A DNA stretch of 64,000 bases from Fimicolochytrium jonesii (Eukaryota). Under the pieces are notes generated by a model. It saw only the letters and a list, made by a program, of their open reading frames with translations. It was not told where the DNA came from and did no database searches. The position numbers and the translations under genes were made by a program. The stretch covers positions 186,001 through 250,000 of the forward strand of contig NW_026515674.1 in the NCBI RefSeq assembly GCF_025526975.1, written 5' to 3'. How positions within the stretch are numbered: the first letter of the stretch is position 1; each line of letters starts with the position of its first letter. Below, piece by piece: positions 1 to 12,691 of this stretch.

Positions 1-199
1 AAACGCTCAAAGCTAACATCAAGACCGGTAAAGAAAAGCTCTATGGGGCGCTGTGAGGTGGATCAACGAGGGGTGAAAAGCAGCAAGATATGTGTATGTA
101 GTGGAAGAAGGAGGGTGCTATGTGAAACTGCAGAAACGGGTGGATGATGGAAGAGGCTTCTAGACCGAAACCTTGAAGGGAAATGTGGGAGTCGTGAAT

Positions 200-3100
200 C
201 TAAGCCTGACGACCGCCACGGGTAGACCTCCACTTGCCCTCTCCAATCCGCGGCGGGCCGGCAGGAGCTCCAACAGGCGGCGGTGTGGCAGCAGCAGGGG
301 GTGCAGCATTCGCATTGTCACCTCCGGACTGTGTCTTGAGGGCCTCACGTTCACGCCAGCCCCCAGCGGCAGCGGGGACGACTTTAGGTCGCTCGGCGCG
401 GTCCTTGTTCTCCTCATCGAATCGGCTGCCTTCAGACGCGCGGAAGGACGAGGGGCGGGATGCGAAAGATTCACGGGGAGAGTCACGGGGAGAGTCGCGG
501 GGGGTGCCACGGTCGGAGTTGAGGGAGCCGCGGGATCCGAAGGCGGAGCCGGGCTGCGTGTCGTCTCGTTCGCGGCGGGTCCATTTGTTGTCGGAGGGGG
601 GTGTATCGCTGCCGCCACGACGGACGGGAGGCACGTACTTGGAGGGACCTCCGGGGGCGGCCGCGGTGGTGGCGGTAGGTGCAGCGGGGGCAGCCTCGTC
701 CCTGGGGGTTCCCGCTCGGCGCCAGGTGTCGGGACCAGCGGCAGCTGCAGGCGCGGGTCGGCGCCACTTGTCTTCAGGAGCAGCGGCGGGGGTGGCGGCG
801 GCGGCGGGTGCTTGCTTGGCTGCCAGTTTGGCCTCAATTTCGGCTTCCCTCTCACGCTGCTTGCGCGCAATCTCGTCGAGTCGGCTAAGGAAACGACAAC
901 TACCGTTAAATTTTGCGAACGTTGGGCTTTCGCGGGTTTCGTCGCACATACCTTCTGTTCTCCTCGGCTTCGGCGCGACGGGCAGCTGCTCGTGCAGCAG
1001 CTTCTTCAGCAGCGCGGGCTTCCTCTGTTTAGAGGAACGCATTGATGAGCAAAATGCTCGATCATCCAACAAGCAATTACCTCAGCCTACCTTCGGCACG
1101 GACACGCTCCTGCTCAGCAAGGATCTCCTCCTCCTCAGCCTCACGCTGACGACGAATACGCTCCTCTGCCCTCTCCCTCTTAACCTGCTCAATCCTCTTG
1201 ATCTTCTCAGCCGCAATTCTCCGCTCAGACTCAGCGCGGATCTCATCAAACTCAGCCTTCCTCTGAGCCTGGAGCTGCTCCTTAAGCTCATTGTAGTCAC
1301 CAACCATACGGCCCATACGAGACTTGAGCTTGATGGCTTCCTCGTGCTGGATCTTGGACGCGGCAAGCTTGGCCCTCCAAAGGGCCTGGTGGGCAGCCTT
1401 GTCGTTCTTCTTCTGCTCCTCGTAGTCCTGGGCGAGGAGAGGGATCTCTTCCTTGCGGAAGGCACGGACAGTGTGGTCAATCTTTTTGCTGACGGCCCTG
1501 AGCTTGTTCTGCATCTCGCGCTTCTCCTTGTCGAGCTGCTCGACTTGGAGCTGCATGAGCTTGGTGGTGTCGAGGCCCTCGAGATCCTCGGCATTGACCT
1601 TGACCTTCTTCTCCTTCAGGTCTTCGGCGAGCTTGGCAGCGAGCTTAGCGGCTTCCTGCTTCTGCATGTCGAGACGTTGCTGGAGCATACGGTCGGCTTC
1701 ACGCTTCCTGGATTCCTCCTCGACGCGAATCTTTTCGAGTTCCTGCTCAGTCTCAAGACGCTTCTTCTTGGCCTCAGCCTGGGCCTTCTCCTTCTGAGCA
1801 TTCTCGTTCAGGCGGATCTCGTTCTTCTTCTCGATCAAGAGCCTCCTGGTAGCCGTGTGCTTGCGCTCCTCCTCCAAGCGCTCGATGACGTCCGCAAAGG
1901 CTTTGGCCTTAGCCTCCTTCTTGATCTGGATGAGACGCTCCTCAACGGGGAGGATCTCGCTGGTCTGGCCAATCAAGGCAACAGCAGTGTGGAGACGCTT
2001 AGCGAGGCGGGTCAACTGAGTCCGCATTTGCTCTGAAGGCAAGGCCTGGAGCTGAGGTCCCTCGGACATGCTGACCTTGGCGGTGGCAAACACATCGGTC
2101 TCGAAGGTGAGGGTCTGCGTCTGGTGGTTGAGGCGAATGTTGAGCTCGCCCTTTTTGCAGCCGTTCATGATGAACTTTTCGATCTGGTGGGCGCTGTAGT
2201 TAAAGGGTTCGGGGAAAGCGGCAAGCTTTACCACAGAGTCCATCTTCACGGTGGTGTAGACCTGCGACAATTGCTGCAAGAGACGGGTCAAGATGACCTG
2301 GTGAAGGGGCTCGACGTAAGCGGAGAGATCCTTGTCCTCCTGGAGCTTGGGGAGAAGATGGGCGATCTTCTTGGTGATGGAGAGCGGGTGGAATTGCACT
2401 TCCAAAATCTGGTGAAGCTCCTTCAGCTCGGGGCTGACGCGGGAAAGGATGACCTTGCTGAGGGCGTCCTTCAAGAGAGACTCCCTGGTGGGAGCGCGAA
2501 CGACGCGGAGAAGGTTGGCCAAACGAGCGGTTTTGGGCTTGCTGTCATCTGCGTCGGACTGGCCAGCACGGGTCTTTGCACTGGTGATGATAGGGATCGC
2601 AAGCGCGGACATCAGGACCATAGAAGCCAAGCGAGTGTGCTCCTCCTCTCCCAGGTTCTTGTTGAGACGGACGGTGGCGTAGTACTTGTTCAACGCAGCA
2701 GCGTGGAACAGGTAGTTCTGACCGACCGAGAAGATTTTGGAGAGCTTCTCGTAGTACGTAGCCATCATGATGGCCTTTGGCGGCTTCTTGGCCATGCCAA
2801 GCAAGTTGTGGATGTCCTCAACGGAGCGGAAAGCCTCCTGCCACAATTGCAACTCGGTAGCGGCATTCAGCTGCTGGAAGCGGGTGTCGAGGTAACGCTG
2901 GAGAGTATCGGGCTCGTTCAAGTTGATAGAGTGCGCCTGGTGAGAGTATTTGGCGGCAGTAGACAAGTGCAAACGGAGAAGCTCGCAGAGACGACGGAAC
3001 TCGGTCTTTCGGGTATACTTCAAACAGAACTGGAAAGCCTGCGAAGCGACAGACTGGTAAGGCAGCTCCAACCTGGCGTTGTTACGCAGAATGTCCAAAG

Positions 3101-3743
3101 CAGTCCTATAAGCCTCCCACAGAAACTTCAACCAGGGCGTGACCACTTCACGGTCCGTTCGGTCCTTGTCGACATCGGCGCTGACGGTGCTGAGAATGAT
3201 CGACTCTGGGGTTTCCGAAGCCTCCAAATCCTCCACATTGTCGACAGTCAGCTTTTCAGCTTTCGCCTGGGCCTCGGCAACTTTCGCCTCCGAAAGCTCG
3301 ATGAATTTTTTGATCACAGACTGACAAACATAAGCGTTAGCTCATAGCTCAGGCCTCACTGTCCCTTTCTTTGCTCCTCCAGGTTACTTCGATAGCGTAC
3401 CTCAATACTTGAAACCGTCGTATTCTGCGATATGTTCTTGTACTGATGCAGACCCTCCTTAGCTGTCTTTCCTTTACGCAAGTTGACGGACAGCTCGACA
3501 AACTTGTGCATAATGGGTTCGAGGATCGTAAGCGGGGTGGACCTAGAACGCTTTGACATGACAATGTCATGGAGCAAGGTCAAAGCCGCACCGGGCTGGG
3601 ACACGGCGATAAGATCTACACAACATGAGAGAATCCCAGTCAGGATCAGCCGTTGGAGGCGAGAGTGGCGATCGAAAGTGAAATAGACACATACCGTCGG
3701 CCCTCTTGAGAGCATTCTCAGGCCTGTTGTAGAACCTGGACAT
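200..3743 (-). CDS. TIF32: Translation initiation factor eIF3 subunit a (5 exons: 3743-3695, 3615-3401, 3320-1091, 1024-952, 884-200)
   Basis: Spliced N-terminus MSRFYNRPENALKRADDLIAV, the motif PWLKFLWEAYR..LDILRNNARLE, a PCI domain, a charged coiled coil and an R/D/G-rich tail. All four GT-AG introns restore the frame. Confidence 0.97.
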
Positions 3744-4019
3744 GATGGCAGATGGGTTGTTGGTGGATTGGGTTTGGGTGGTGGTAAGGAACTTCTATTC
3801 TCCCCCGGTCACTACAAGAGGAATAGAAGGTTGCGGAAGGAAGCGATCTGCTGCGAGAGGCCGTTGAGGGAAAGGTGAACCGGTTGGCCTCTGTGGTATG
3901 TCGTTGCGGAAGACCCGAAGTTTACGGTATTCTCCGATGCTTGACGAGCAGCTGGCCAGACGTTGTGGGCAGCGACCGCACAGGCAGAGCGAGGGTCGAG
4001 AAAAAAGTGTCAATCCGCA

Positions 4020-4029
4020 GTCACGTGAC
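4020..4029. promoter_or_regulatory. Palindromic E-box GTCACGTGAC in the divergent promoter between eIF3a and the gene at 4208
   Basis: Perfect 10-bp palindrome matching the Cbf1/USF-type RTCACGTG bHLH site. Function is not shown. Confidence 0.4.
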
Positions 4030-4207
4030 ACGTCGCGCTTCAGGCCATCCCTAAACGAAAAGGAAGGAAGGATAACTGACACCAGAACTGACACCAAGCA
4101 TTCTTTCTTTCTGCCAGCGCCTTGCCCCCAGAGTCCTTGCCAAAGCCTTACCCCATCCGTAGCGCCCCGGCCAGACCTGCACACGTACTACTACAGCTGA
4201 TCCCATA

Positions 4208-5568
4208 ATGTCTCTCACCAAACTGTCACACACTTTTGACGTCGTCCAGAAGTATCAACACGATGCGGCGTTCATGAACGTTGTCGCTGAACGTCCTGGG
4301 ATCACCTTGAAGAATATTCAAGGAACGGGGGGCTTCAGCTCAGCGTCCGAGTGGGGGTTCCAGTATTGCTCCGCTCTCAAAGCGCATGCCATCGTTGCAG
4401 ACGACGTATGGGATGTAGTACCCCTGGAGTTCCGTCCCACCGAGGAGGGTAAGCCAGAGCTAAGTTCGCTAAGCTCTCAAATGCAGGATATGCGTTTGAC
4501 ATACCGTCTGGCTTTTTTTTCCCGGGTTTAGAACTCGAATTCGCACGACCCTTCTTTGAATTGAACAGGTCAGAGATTCGGGAGCATGACAGGCAAAAGC
4601 AGTATTCTTTCGCCATACGGTCGCTATACCGAGCACTTTCGCTCGTATTAGCCTTCTCGTCCGCTGAGAGCGTGGCCTCCCAGGAATCACAGGAGAGCAC
4701 GAAGCAAGACAAGGATGAAACCGTAGTCGTGAATTTTCTCGATCGCTACTTGGACTTTGTGATCGAGCCCTTCGAAGACGCCGGAGCGTTGGATGGAACG
4801 CCCATGAGGGTGGAGCTTAGGTGAGACGGAATACGACAATGACGTTTGGGGTTACGGGCCATGTCTCCATTGGGGTTATTAGGCAATAGTTGCGTTATTG
4901 ATATATATGGGAAACGCAACTATTGCCTAATAACCCCAATGGAGACATGGCCCCCGGTTGGATTCATATGGCATAGGTGCTGACATCCCCTCCAGACCCC
5001 AACCTTTTGTTGAGGGTGTCTGGTTACGTGGTGTCAAGGTGCCGTGTAGGACGGATGGAACTGTGTCCGTCGCCATCGCAAGCGGGAAAAAATCCACAAA
5101 GACTCGCACGCAGCCTGCCCTCCTTCTTGAGTGTAAGCGTTTTGTACACAAAAAGACGGATGCGAACATTGTTGGCCAATTGGCCGCCGAATTGATTTCC
5201 ATGGCACAATCTGGGCGAGAGCAGAAAGTCCATGCAGATCCTGAGGTAACCTTCGCCCAGTCTATCGTTTACCGGAAACCACCCTACTCATTCTCGTACA
5301 CATTTAGCGTTTGGAATCCTCCTTCATCACCGCCATGCACAGATCATCTCCGCGGCGTTTTCTCCCGGTTACCTCGACAAACTTGACCGTCGAGAAGAAA
5401 TGGTTGAGAGCGATTTTTTGGCAATCAAAGCTACCAAAGCTTTTCATATGGGACTGGGCGAGGATAGGCTGAATTTCACATCTGCCTTGATTGCGCTGGT
5501 AAAGTATCTGGTGTCGGGCAGAGCTCGTATTGGGAGGCTGGACGAGCTGCAACCCCTTTCAGGGTAGG
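4208..5568 (+). CDS. Hypothetical protein with a C-terminal PD-(D/E)xK (restriction-endonuclease-fold)-like domain; exons 4208-4448, 4532-4820, 4996-5245 and about 5308-5568 (last junction off by 1 nt)
   Basis: Introns 4449-4531 and 4821-4995 join the ORF pieces in frame. Motifs TDG...LLLECKR...VGQLAAEL are followed by a candidate last exon AFGILLH...YLDKL...RLNFTSAL. Confidence 0.55.
4856..4953. repeat. 98-bp fold-back element (41-bp perfect inverted repeats, 16-nt spacer), MITE-like, inside an intron
   Basis: 4856-4896 gggccatgtctccattggggttattaggcaatagttgcgtt is the exact reverse complement of 4913-4953. No clear target-site duplication. Confidence 0.9.
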
Positions 5569-5976
5569 TATCCTTATTTAGGGGGCCTCAAAAGAAACCC
5601 GTCACAGGCCCGTGAGAGAAAGTCCGACAACGAGCTTGAACTTGAGTGAGGCGTCTGAACGAGACACCTGAAGAAGGATGCTCAAGATATCCATGTTGGA
5701 AGCCACGTACGAGCCTCGAGGTCTTAACGCTTCATTTTTGTACGTAGTTAAAGGTATAAATTTCATCATCAAGTTACCATAACCCGGTGCTTTCAATGAG
5801 CCTCGAGTCGGTTCTTCTACTCGCATGTCTCTTGCTTCGAGATCTCCCGACTTGCCCTTCCCTCCATAAACCAGAAAAAAACTCAGCTTTCTATGTCCAT
5901 CTACACATCCGCTCCACGCATATGTCGCCTCCCCTATAATACTTTCCCTCCAAATGCCAGTGGGCCGTAACAATGT

Positions 5977-7556
5977 TCAAACCGTCTTGGCCAAAATTTT
6001 AGCAAACTCCTTCCCCTGCCAATTCGCCACCTGCAGCTCCTTAGCCGACGGCTGGCGCGATCCGTCCCCGCCCGCGATCGTGCCCGCGCCGTACGCGCTC
6101 CCGCCGAGCACTTCGGTGTTGTCGTTCAAGATCGGGCAGGAGTAGCCTGTTAGAAATGATAGTAGCGGGCTGATGAGATTTGGGAATGTGGGGATTCGAC
6201 GGCATTGTAAGCGAGTGACTTACCGAGAGGCACATAGAGGATACCGTGGTGCACGTAATGAGCTGCAAATAGAAGGAGAACTACCGGTCAGCGGTAATGT
6301 ACATGATATCCATCGCGATGTCTCGAATCTGCCGATTCTCACCAAGGAACGTCAAACTCGTCGTCTCCTGGCCCCCATGCTGTGTAGCGGTCGTATGGAA
6401 CAGACCCCCGTATTTGCCAACCAACGCTCCGACCTGCCACAACCCTCCCGTAGAGTCCCAGAAAGCCTTGATTTGCGTGGGCGCGGTGCCGTATCGCGTA
6501 CTGCATTGAGAATCCCCATAAAACCAAGGAAAGAGTGAGCAATGACATCCCACATTCCCGATCTCACGAAAGCAATCCCAAAACTTACGGCAACCCAAAC
6601 AAAAACCCATCAGCCTCCGTCAAATTCTCAGCCGTAATAACAGGCACATCCGCAATCGCATCCAGATTCGCATGCATCTTCCCCAACACGTCCGCGCCAA
6701 GCGTCTCCGGCACCCGCCACAACGTCGCCTCGCCGCCCGCGGCTTCAATCCCTTTGATGATCTCGTCCGCGAGTGTTTTGGTGTGGCCCCAGGTTGTGTA
6801 CATCACCACGTAGATCTTGGGTTTGCGGTGAGGGGTGGGGGTCAACTCGGTGGTGGTTGTGGCCGGCACATCTGTGGCTGTGGTAGCAGAAACCTCCTCC
6901 GCCGGCGGGTTGGCAGTCAATGCATCCCTCGCTTGCTCCCCATCTTGCGCCGTCGTAGTCCCGCCCTCTACATGCTCGTCCTGCGCTTTGACCTCCTCAC
7001 CCACCGGAAGGGTAGCGGGGTGCACAGCGTCATGACCGCTCAGATGCTCCACACCACCAGCAGCGGCGGTAGTAGCAGCAGCGACGGCCGCCACGGACGC
7101 CTGCGCGTGGTCCTGCGTGCCTGCGGCGGCGGTGTATGCATCTGCGGCGGCTTTATTGGCGGCGTCGGTTAGGGGGTTGTTCTGCGCGTCGTCTTTGATG
7201 GAAACTGCAGAAACGTTGGCCGCGGAGCCTGCGGAAGCTGCGGCGGTGTCTGCGGCGTGTTTTGCATCGGCTGAGACGGATGTCGGGATGCTCGTCGTTG
7301 TGGCCGGTGCAGTCAGCTCCGTCACAGGATCAACCTTTGCGGCAGGTGCAGCCGGCTGCTCAACACTCGCGGCAGTAGCAGCCGCCTCCGTCTTCGGTGC
7401 AACAACAGCCTGCTCCGTCGGGGCAGCAGCTGCGTTATCTACCGCACCACTACTCGCCTCACCACCACCGGCAGCAGGCACAGCAGCCGCAGACTCATTC
7501 TTCAGATTCTTCTTCGATTTGACTTTCTTGAGCGCTTTGGATGCTTTTCCTCCCAT
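5977..7556 (-). CDS. Flavodoxin-like NAD(P)H:quinone oxidoreductase (WrbA/Pst2/Ycp4 family) with a long Ala/Thr-rich N-terminal extension; exons 7556-6589, 6500-6343, 6262-6224, 6146-5977
   Basis: After splicing: [75 protein letters not shown]. Confidence 0.95.
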
Positions 7557-8011
7557 CTTGGCGCTGCGGATTCGTTCGTTCGATCGGGTCGGGTGTGAAT
7601 GAAAGGCTAGCTAATGAACTCCCCGATGCTCTCTTATATTTACTCGAGGGATCGCGGCGTAAATGGGACTCGGATAGGACCAGGGAACGAGGAGAACAGA
7701 GGCTGGCGGTTTTGACGCGCGTCGGAGCTTATGCGTTACGTGAGCACCGGTCGCCAAATCGCGTGCTCTTCCGATATCCTCTTTGTCCTGCTGAGGGAAC
7801 ACCAAGGAGACCCGTTGCGGGGTGGCAGTTGCAAAGCACATGCACAGTATTGATCGAAGCAAAAGGAAGACGATAAAGGGTATATATAGTCACTCAACGG
7901 GTAGATTCAGTTATCACAACGCCATGTTATAATAGCGCATTCGTTTCAGGTGTAAATTATCGGCAAAAGAAACACAACCAGACAGAACCCCTCCAAAATT
8001 ACTAAAAGACT

Positions 8012-10881
8012 TCAATACCCAGGGGTATAATGCACCGGCCCACTAGCAGCCCTCAACAACGGCCGATCACTCCTCGCCTCTTCGTCTCCGAACCCGGACA
8101 TCGTAAACTCGCTCTGGGTGCGGCGGGGGTCCGCGTACAGGGCTCCTGGATGCGGATACGATTCTTGCGGTTGTTGGTGTTGGTGTTGAGTCGCCTCCTG
8201 ATTATTGTAACCGCTCTGAACGACAGAAGGCGGGATAGTTCCATACGCAGCAGCAGGCGACCGGTGATGTGTCGGCGGCGTGATCCCGCCCTCGATGCCT
8301 GCGAAGGGGAGTCCGCCTTGCTTCGGAAACCGGGGCGGCTGGGCGGAAGAGGATGTGGACGTCAACCCCAACAGAGCTTTGAGGTCGTTAGCTGCTTGTT
8401 CCGTATCTATTCTCGACGGCGACTCGACGGATGTGGGGGTGCGGGTCTGTTTGGACGGGGAAGTGTGGTTGGCGCCTACCGCTTTGTTGCGGTTTCTACC
8501 TGACCCGGAGCCGGCTGTTAAGGGCGATGCGGACGAGGGGCCCGAACGGTGGGAGGACGCGGTTTGGGCTGTGCTGATGGGGTCCGGGATGGTTTTCCCT
8601 GGTCCACCACGTACACTGTCCTCATTCGCTGCTTTCCGGGTCTTCCGCGGCTTGGCGGTTGCGACCGATGGCCCCGATGAAACGACCGACGCAGCCGGCG
8701 ATCCCAGCGAGAGTCCACCAATGCCCAGAATCGACTTCAGCTGGTCGGCCGCGGATGACTCCTCCGGCCGCGTGAAACTGGGTACGCGTGCGGGCATGGG
8801 TGGTGGTGCGTATGCGTTTGCCTGTTGTTGTTGCACCTCGGGTCCGCCGTAAGCAGGAGGTCTCGATGCGGTGGGTGTTGGTCCTGTCCCGCCGCGCAGA
8901 ATGTCCATCAGCAGCTGCTGCTTGTCTGACTTGGTGGGCGGAGCGGAAGGCGCAGGGTTGTTGGGACGGAACTCGAACGATGGTTGAGGGTGCAGCGTTG
9001 CGGGTGGTGTTTGGGCGTAGTACGGTTTCGGGGCGTCCGTGCTCTCCCCGCGGCTTTGAACGGGCGGGTGTTCGAAATGCACTCCCGTTGGGGGTGGTGG
9101 GGCAGATGTGGGAAAGCCATTGGACTGCATAGCTTCGGGCAGCGGTCGGAAACTCGGATGTTGGGGAGGCGTGGGCAAAACAGGCATCTGGTTTCCTGCC
9201 CCGTATTGAGACGTGCTTTGACCGCTAGAACCTCCAAACAGATCCGAGCTGCTGCCTTTCGTCAAGATGTCGAGCAGGGACTTTTTGTGGGCTTGCTTAT
9301 CCAGCTGACCCGGGTGTGGGGGAAGATTGTCATACGGATGAGTCGCGCCAGAATTTTGTCCGTAGGAGGGAGCTAAGTTCTGTACGCCTCCAATGAACGG
9401 CGAGGACTGAGCACCGGGGTACGTCGATACAGGCCCAGATGTAAATTGCACCGTTGCCTGAGACGCGTATGCTCCCGGCTGTTGCGAATAGGTAGTCCTC
9501 GTTTGACTGAAGGATGCTTCCGAGGGCATGGGGAAGCTCTGAGGGGCGAAAGATGCCGCCGACGTGCCCATCGCCGGATTGCCCGTCGCATGCACTGTAC
9601 GCACGTCGGCTCCACCGCCAGATCCAAACCCACCGATCCCAATAAGGTTTTTGATCGACTGAGCTGCTGCCAACGGGTCCATGGCCGGAAGCGGTGCATG
9701 ATGCACGGGTATCTGTTGCGTCTCCACGAACTCCGTCACAGTATGAACGACGCTCTTGATGACCGGAATACCCGCCCCTTCAGCACCTGACTTTCCGCCA
9801 GTATCCGTGCCTTCCCCTTCGCTGTCGGTGCCGGTATTGTAGCCCATAACGACAGCCAAGTGGCGGTCGTTCCGCCCCTTTCCTCTCTTCTTTGCCGACC
9901 GGTATTTTGCCATCCATTGTCGAAGGCCACTCACGAATGCGGTGACCATATAGAACTTGTTCCTCGGCCCATTCTCATCAGTGATTGGAACTTTGTTCCA
10001 ACCAGGCAGATCGTTCAGTCTATGCCATCGGATATCCTATCGCATTAGGAGTTAGTTTTCTATGCCTCCCTTTTGAGAGAATCTTTCCCGATCGCTTACC
10101 CCTATCTCCTTCCGAGTCTGGGGCACGAACACAGTAGCCTCGGAAATGCCGGTCAAAATGTATAGCCTGATCCGCTGCCCCTTGATCGTGCGTTCCACAT
10201 ACTCGTTGACTCGCTGATACGGAGTAATATCGAATCCCGTCTCTTCAAACACTTCGCGGGCTGCGCAGGGAGCTTCCGGCTCATCCTTGTTGATTTTGCC
10301 TTTCGGGAAGCCCCATCCTGAACTCGCTTTCCATCCTTTTACCAGCAGGACCTATGGTAGTGGATGATGGTAAGCACTTCGCACAACCCAAACAGTGACC
10401 GACAAGTACAGTTGATCCATACCTTATCCATCTTCTCGTTCAATATAATAGCGCCACACACAGGCACCCTAACTTTATACTGCATGAAATTCTGAAAAGC
10501 GGTCTCATGGTCATGCGCCCATCGATGAAGCAAAGGACAGTGGCGGAAGAACTGCGCGCAAAAGTTCTTGAGCGAGAACGAAGGCAGGCGCGGGTTCTCC
10601 TCGCGGACGAAATCCTCGTAGAACCAGTGGGCTTGCTCGATTTGGAAACATATTCGTTCGACGGAGGAGAGCTCTTCTTCGGGGACGTTGATGATGAAGC
10701 GACTGAGGGGAGGGGAGTGTCGGGGGGTGGTTGAAGTGCTTTAGTAGGGGCTCTCTTAGGTAGTTTATTCTTCCGAAACGGACTTCCATCTGGGGGGGGA
10801 TGACGAGCACGCGGGCTGCCGAACGGTTTACCTTTGCAAGTCGTCCAGGACGTCCTGGAACGACAGGTTCTGGAAGTACAT
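8012..10881 (-). CDS. DCP2: mRNA decapping enzyme catalytic subunit; exons 10881-10832, 10702-10423, 10351-10100, 10036-8012
   Basis: Box [17 protein letters not shown]...[10 protein letters not shown], then [11 protein letters not shown] and the Nudix box [12 protein letters not shown]...AREVFEETG, followed by a long disordered C-terminus. Confidence 0.97.
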
Positions 10882-11161
10882 AGGAGTCCTTGAGGCGGTT
10901 ATGCGTTCGGAGCGTATGATATGTTTGGGTATTCAGTCGTGGGAACGAGGGAAGAGGTTTCGGGTGCCTGTCCTGTGTGCCGATGGTGGGAGCAATGCAG
11001 AGCACTGGGAGAAAGGGGAGAAGCTGGGAAGAGCGCACGTCTCCGGCTGGACATTTCCAACCGACCCATTACCTGCGTTGCACCATCGAACGGACATATC
11101 CCAGGGCCTCTTCCAGAGTAACAGTGAGGCCTATTCGCAGTGCTCTACGAATTAGTCTCTT

Positions 11162-12691
11162 ATGCCGCTCAAGGCATCCCGCCCCGTCTCCGCCCCAAAA
11201 CCCTCCCGGAAAAAACCACCACCAGACGTCCAACCCTTCGGCGCCGTCAAACCCAAACGAAGATCCCCTACCACCCCCCCACAGCCGGCCATCCCACTCG
11301 CCCAACGTCTCAATCCCTCCAATACCATCCCGCGAAAGTCATCAATCACGTTAACATCCCTCCCATTCGAACTCCTCCTCTGCATCCTCGAATTCGTGCC
11401 AAACATCTACACCCTCGCCCCAGTATGCAAACGATTCCACGCGGCAACGAAACACTTTCCCGTGCATGCAAAGCTGCTGCTGACGCTAGGGCCGACGGAG
11501 AGTAGATTGCCCGATACGGTGTTGAGCGATGTGGGGTTGACGAACGCGCGGGATCTGCCGGGGAGGCCGGGGTTGGGTGGGAGGCCTGTTGCGTTGGATG
11601 GGGATGAGGGGGCGCCGTGGACGTCGTGGCTGGTGAATGCGCAACCGGATTTGCGACCCATGACGGTGGCGGCGATTATGAGGGATGTGGAATCGCGGCT
11701 TGGGGAGAAAGTGGGAAGGAGGGTGAGGGTATCGCTTGGGAGGGTGGAGATCGCAACACGAAGCGTGCATCACAGTCTGGATGCCGCCGAGGAGCTGCTG
11801 CTCAACCCCATCGCATTGGATCTTCTTTCTCCTGTCCAGTTGCAGTCACTGACGATCCACAACCCCCCATCAACCGTCCTTTCATCGCTCCCCAATATCC
11901 ACGCCCTAACCCTCCTCGACCTCACCGACATCCACACCGAACTCGACCTTTCCCTCCTTTCCACCGACCTCTTCCCCACCCTCCACCACCTCCACCTGCG
12001 CTCCGACGGCCGCCTTCACGACCGCACCACCATCGCCGCCGCCTCCCTCCTCCCCCTAACACACTCCCCAAACATCCAAACCCTCCACTTCGAAGGTCCC
12101 TGGCTCCAAGGCCTCCTCAACGACCCCCCAGCAGCCCTCTCCATCCTCTCCACCCTCCAAACCCTCACCTCCCTCCAAATCGACTTCGACCCCCGTCTCC
12201 ACTCCCCGCACATCGCAACCATCATCAAACACCTCCCAAACCTCACCTCCCTCGGCCGGCTCGGCTTCACCGACCGCCCCTTCTGGCGCATGTTCAAGTC
12301 CGGCGACGGCGCGCATATATCCGGTACACTCACCCTCGGATCCCGCAAACAGGCCTACGAATCCCCCTTCGTCAAACTGCCCAACACCTTCTGGGACGAC
12401 CTCGCCCTCGGCCTCCTCCTCGTCTTTCCCAACACCCACCGACTGGTTGTCTGGCTCGGGCTGCGGTCCTCCGCGGCGGGGCTGTTGGCGGTGCTGAAGC
12501 GCGTGAGGATGGGCGGGGTGAGCAGTGATCCCGCCAGGAGGTGCAGGCTGAGGGAGGTGGTGGTGTGTGAGGCGATCGATGTGGGGGATCTGGATGCGGC
12601 GCGATGGAGGGTCGAGGTGGGGAAGGGGGTGAGGGTGGAGGTTAGGAGTGGGGGCGAGGAGGGCGGGAGGGTTGTTAAGTTTGGCGGGTGA
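11162..12691 (+). CDS. F-box / LRR-like protein (509 aa)
   Basis: F-box signature LTSLPFELLLCILEFV...LAPVCKRF followed by LxxLxL repeats (LQSLTI, LHHLHL, IQTLHF, LTSLQI). Confidence 0.75.
   Translation: MPLKASRPVSAPKPSRKKPPPDVQPFGAVKPKRRSPTTPPQPAIPLAQRLNPSNTIPRKSSITLTSLPFELLLCILEFVPNIYTLAPVCKRFHAATKHFPVHAKLLLTLGPTESRLPDTVLSDVGLTNARDLPGRPGLGGRPVALDGDEGAPWTSWLVNAQPDLRPMTVAAIMRDVESRLGEKVGRRVRVSLGRVEIATRSVHHSLDAAEELLLNPIALDLLSPVQLQSLTIHNPPSTVLSSLPNIHALTLLDLTDIHTELDLSLLSTDLFPTLHHLHLRSDGRLHDRTTIAAASLLPLTHSPNIQTLHFEGPWLQGLLNDPPAALSILSTLQTLTSLQIDFDPRLHSPHIATIIKHLPNLTSLGRLGFTDRPFWRMFKSGDGAHISGTLTLGSRKQAYESPFVKLPNTFWDDLALGLLLVFPNTHRLVVWLGLRSSAAGLLAVLKRVRMGGVSSDPARRCRLREVVVCEAIDVGDLDAARWRVEVGKGVRVEVRSGGEEGGRVVKFGG

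Noticed and set aside
234..3347. Long + strand ORFs (600 aa, 407 aa)
   Set aside because: Antisense shadows of the strongly codon-biased eIF3a. Similar shadows overlap the F-box, BTB and AA16 genes.
7714..7723. GACGCGCGTC palindrome (MCB/E2F-like site)
   Set aside because: Single short GC-rich motif that is expected by chance at this base composition.
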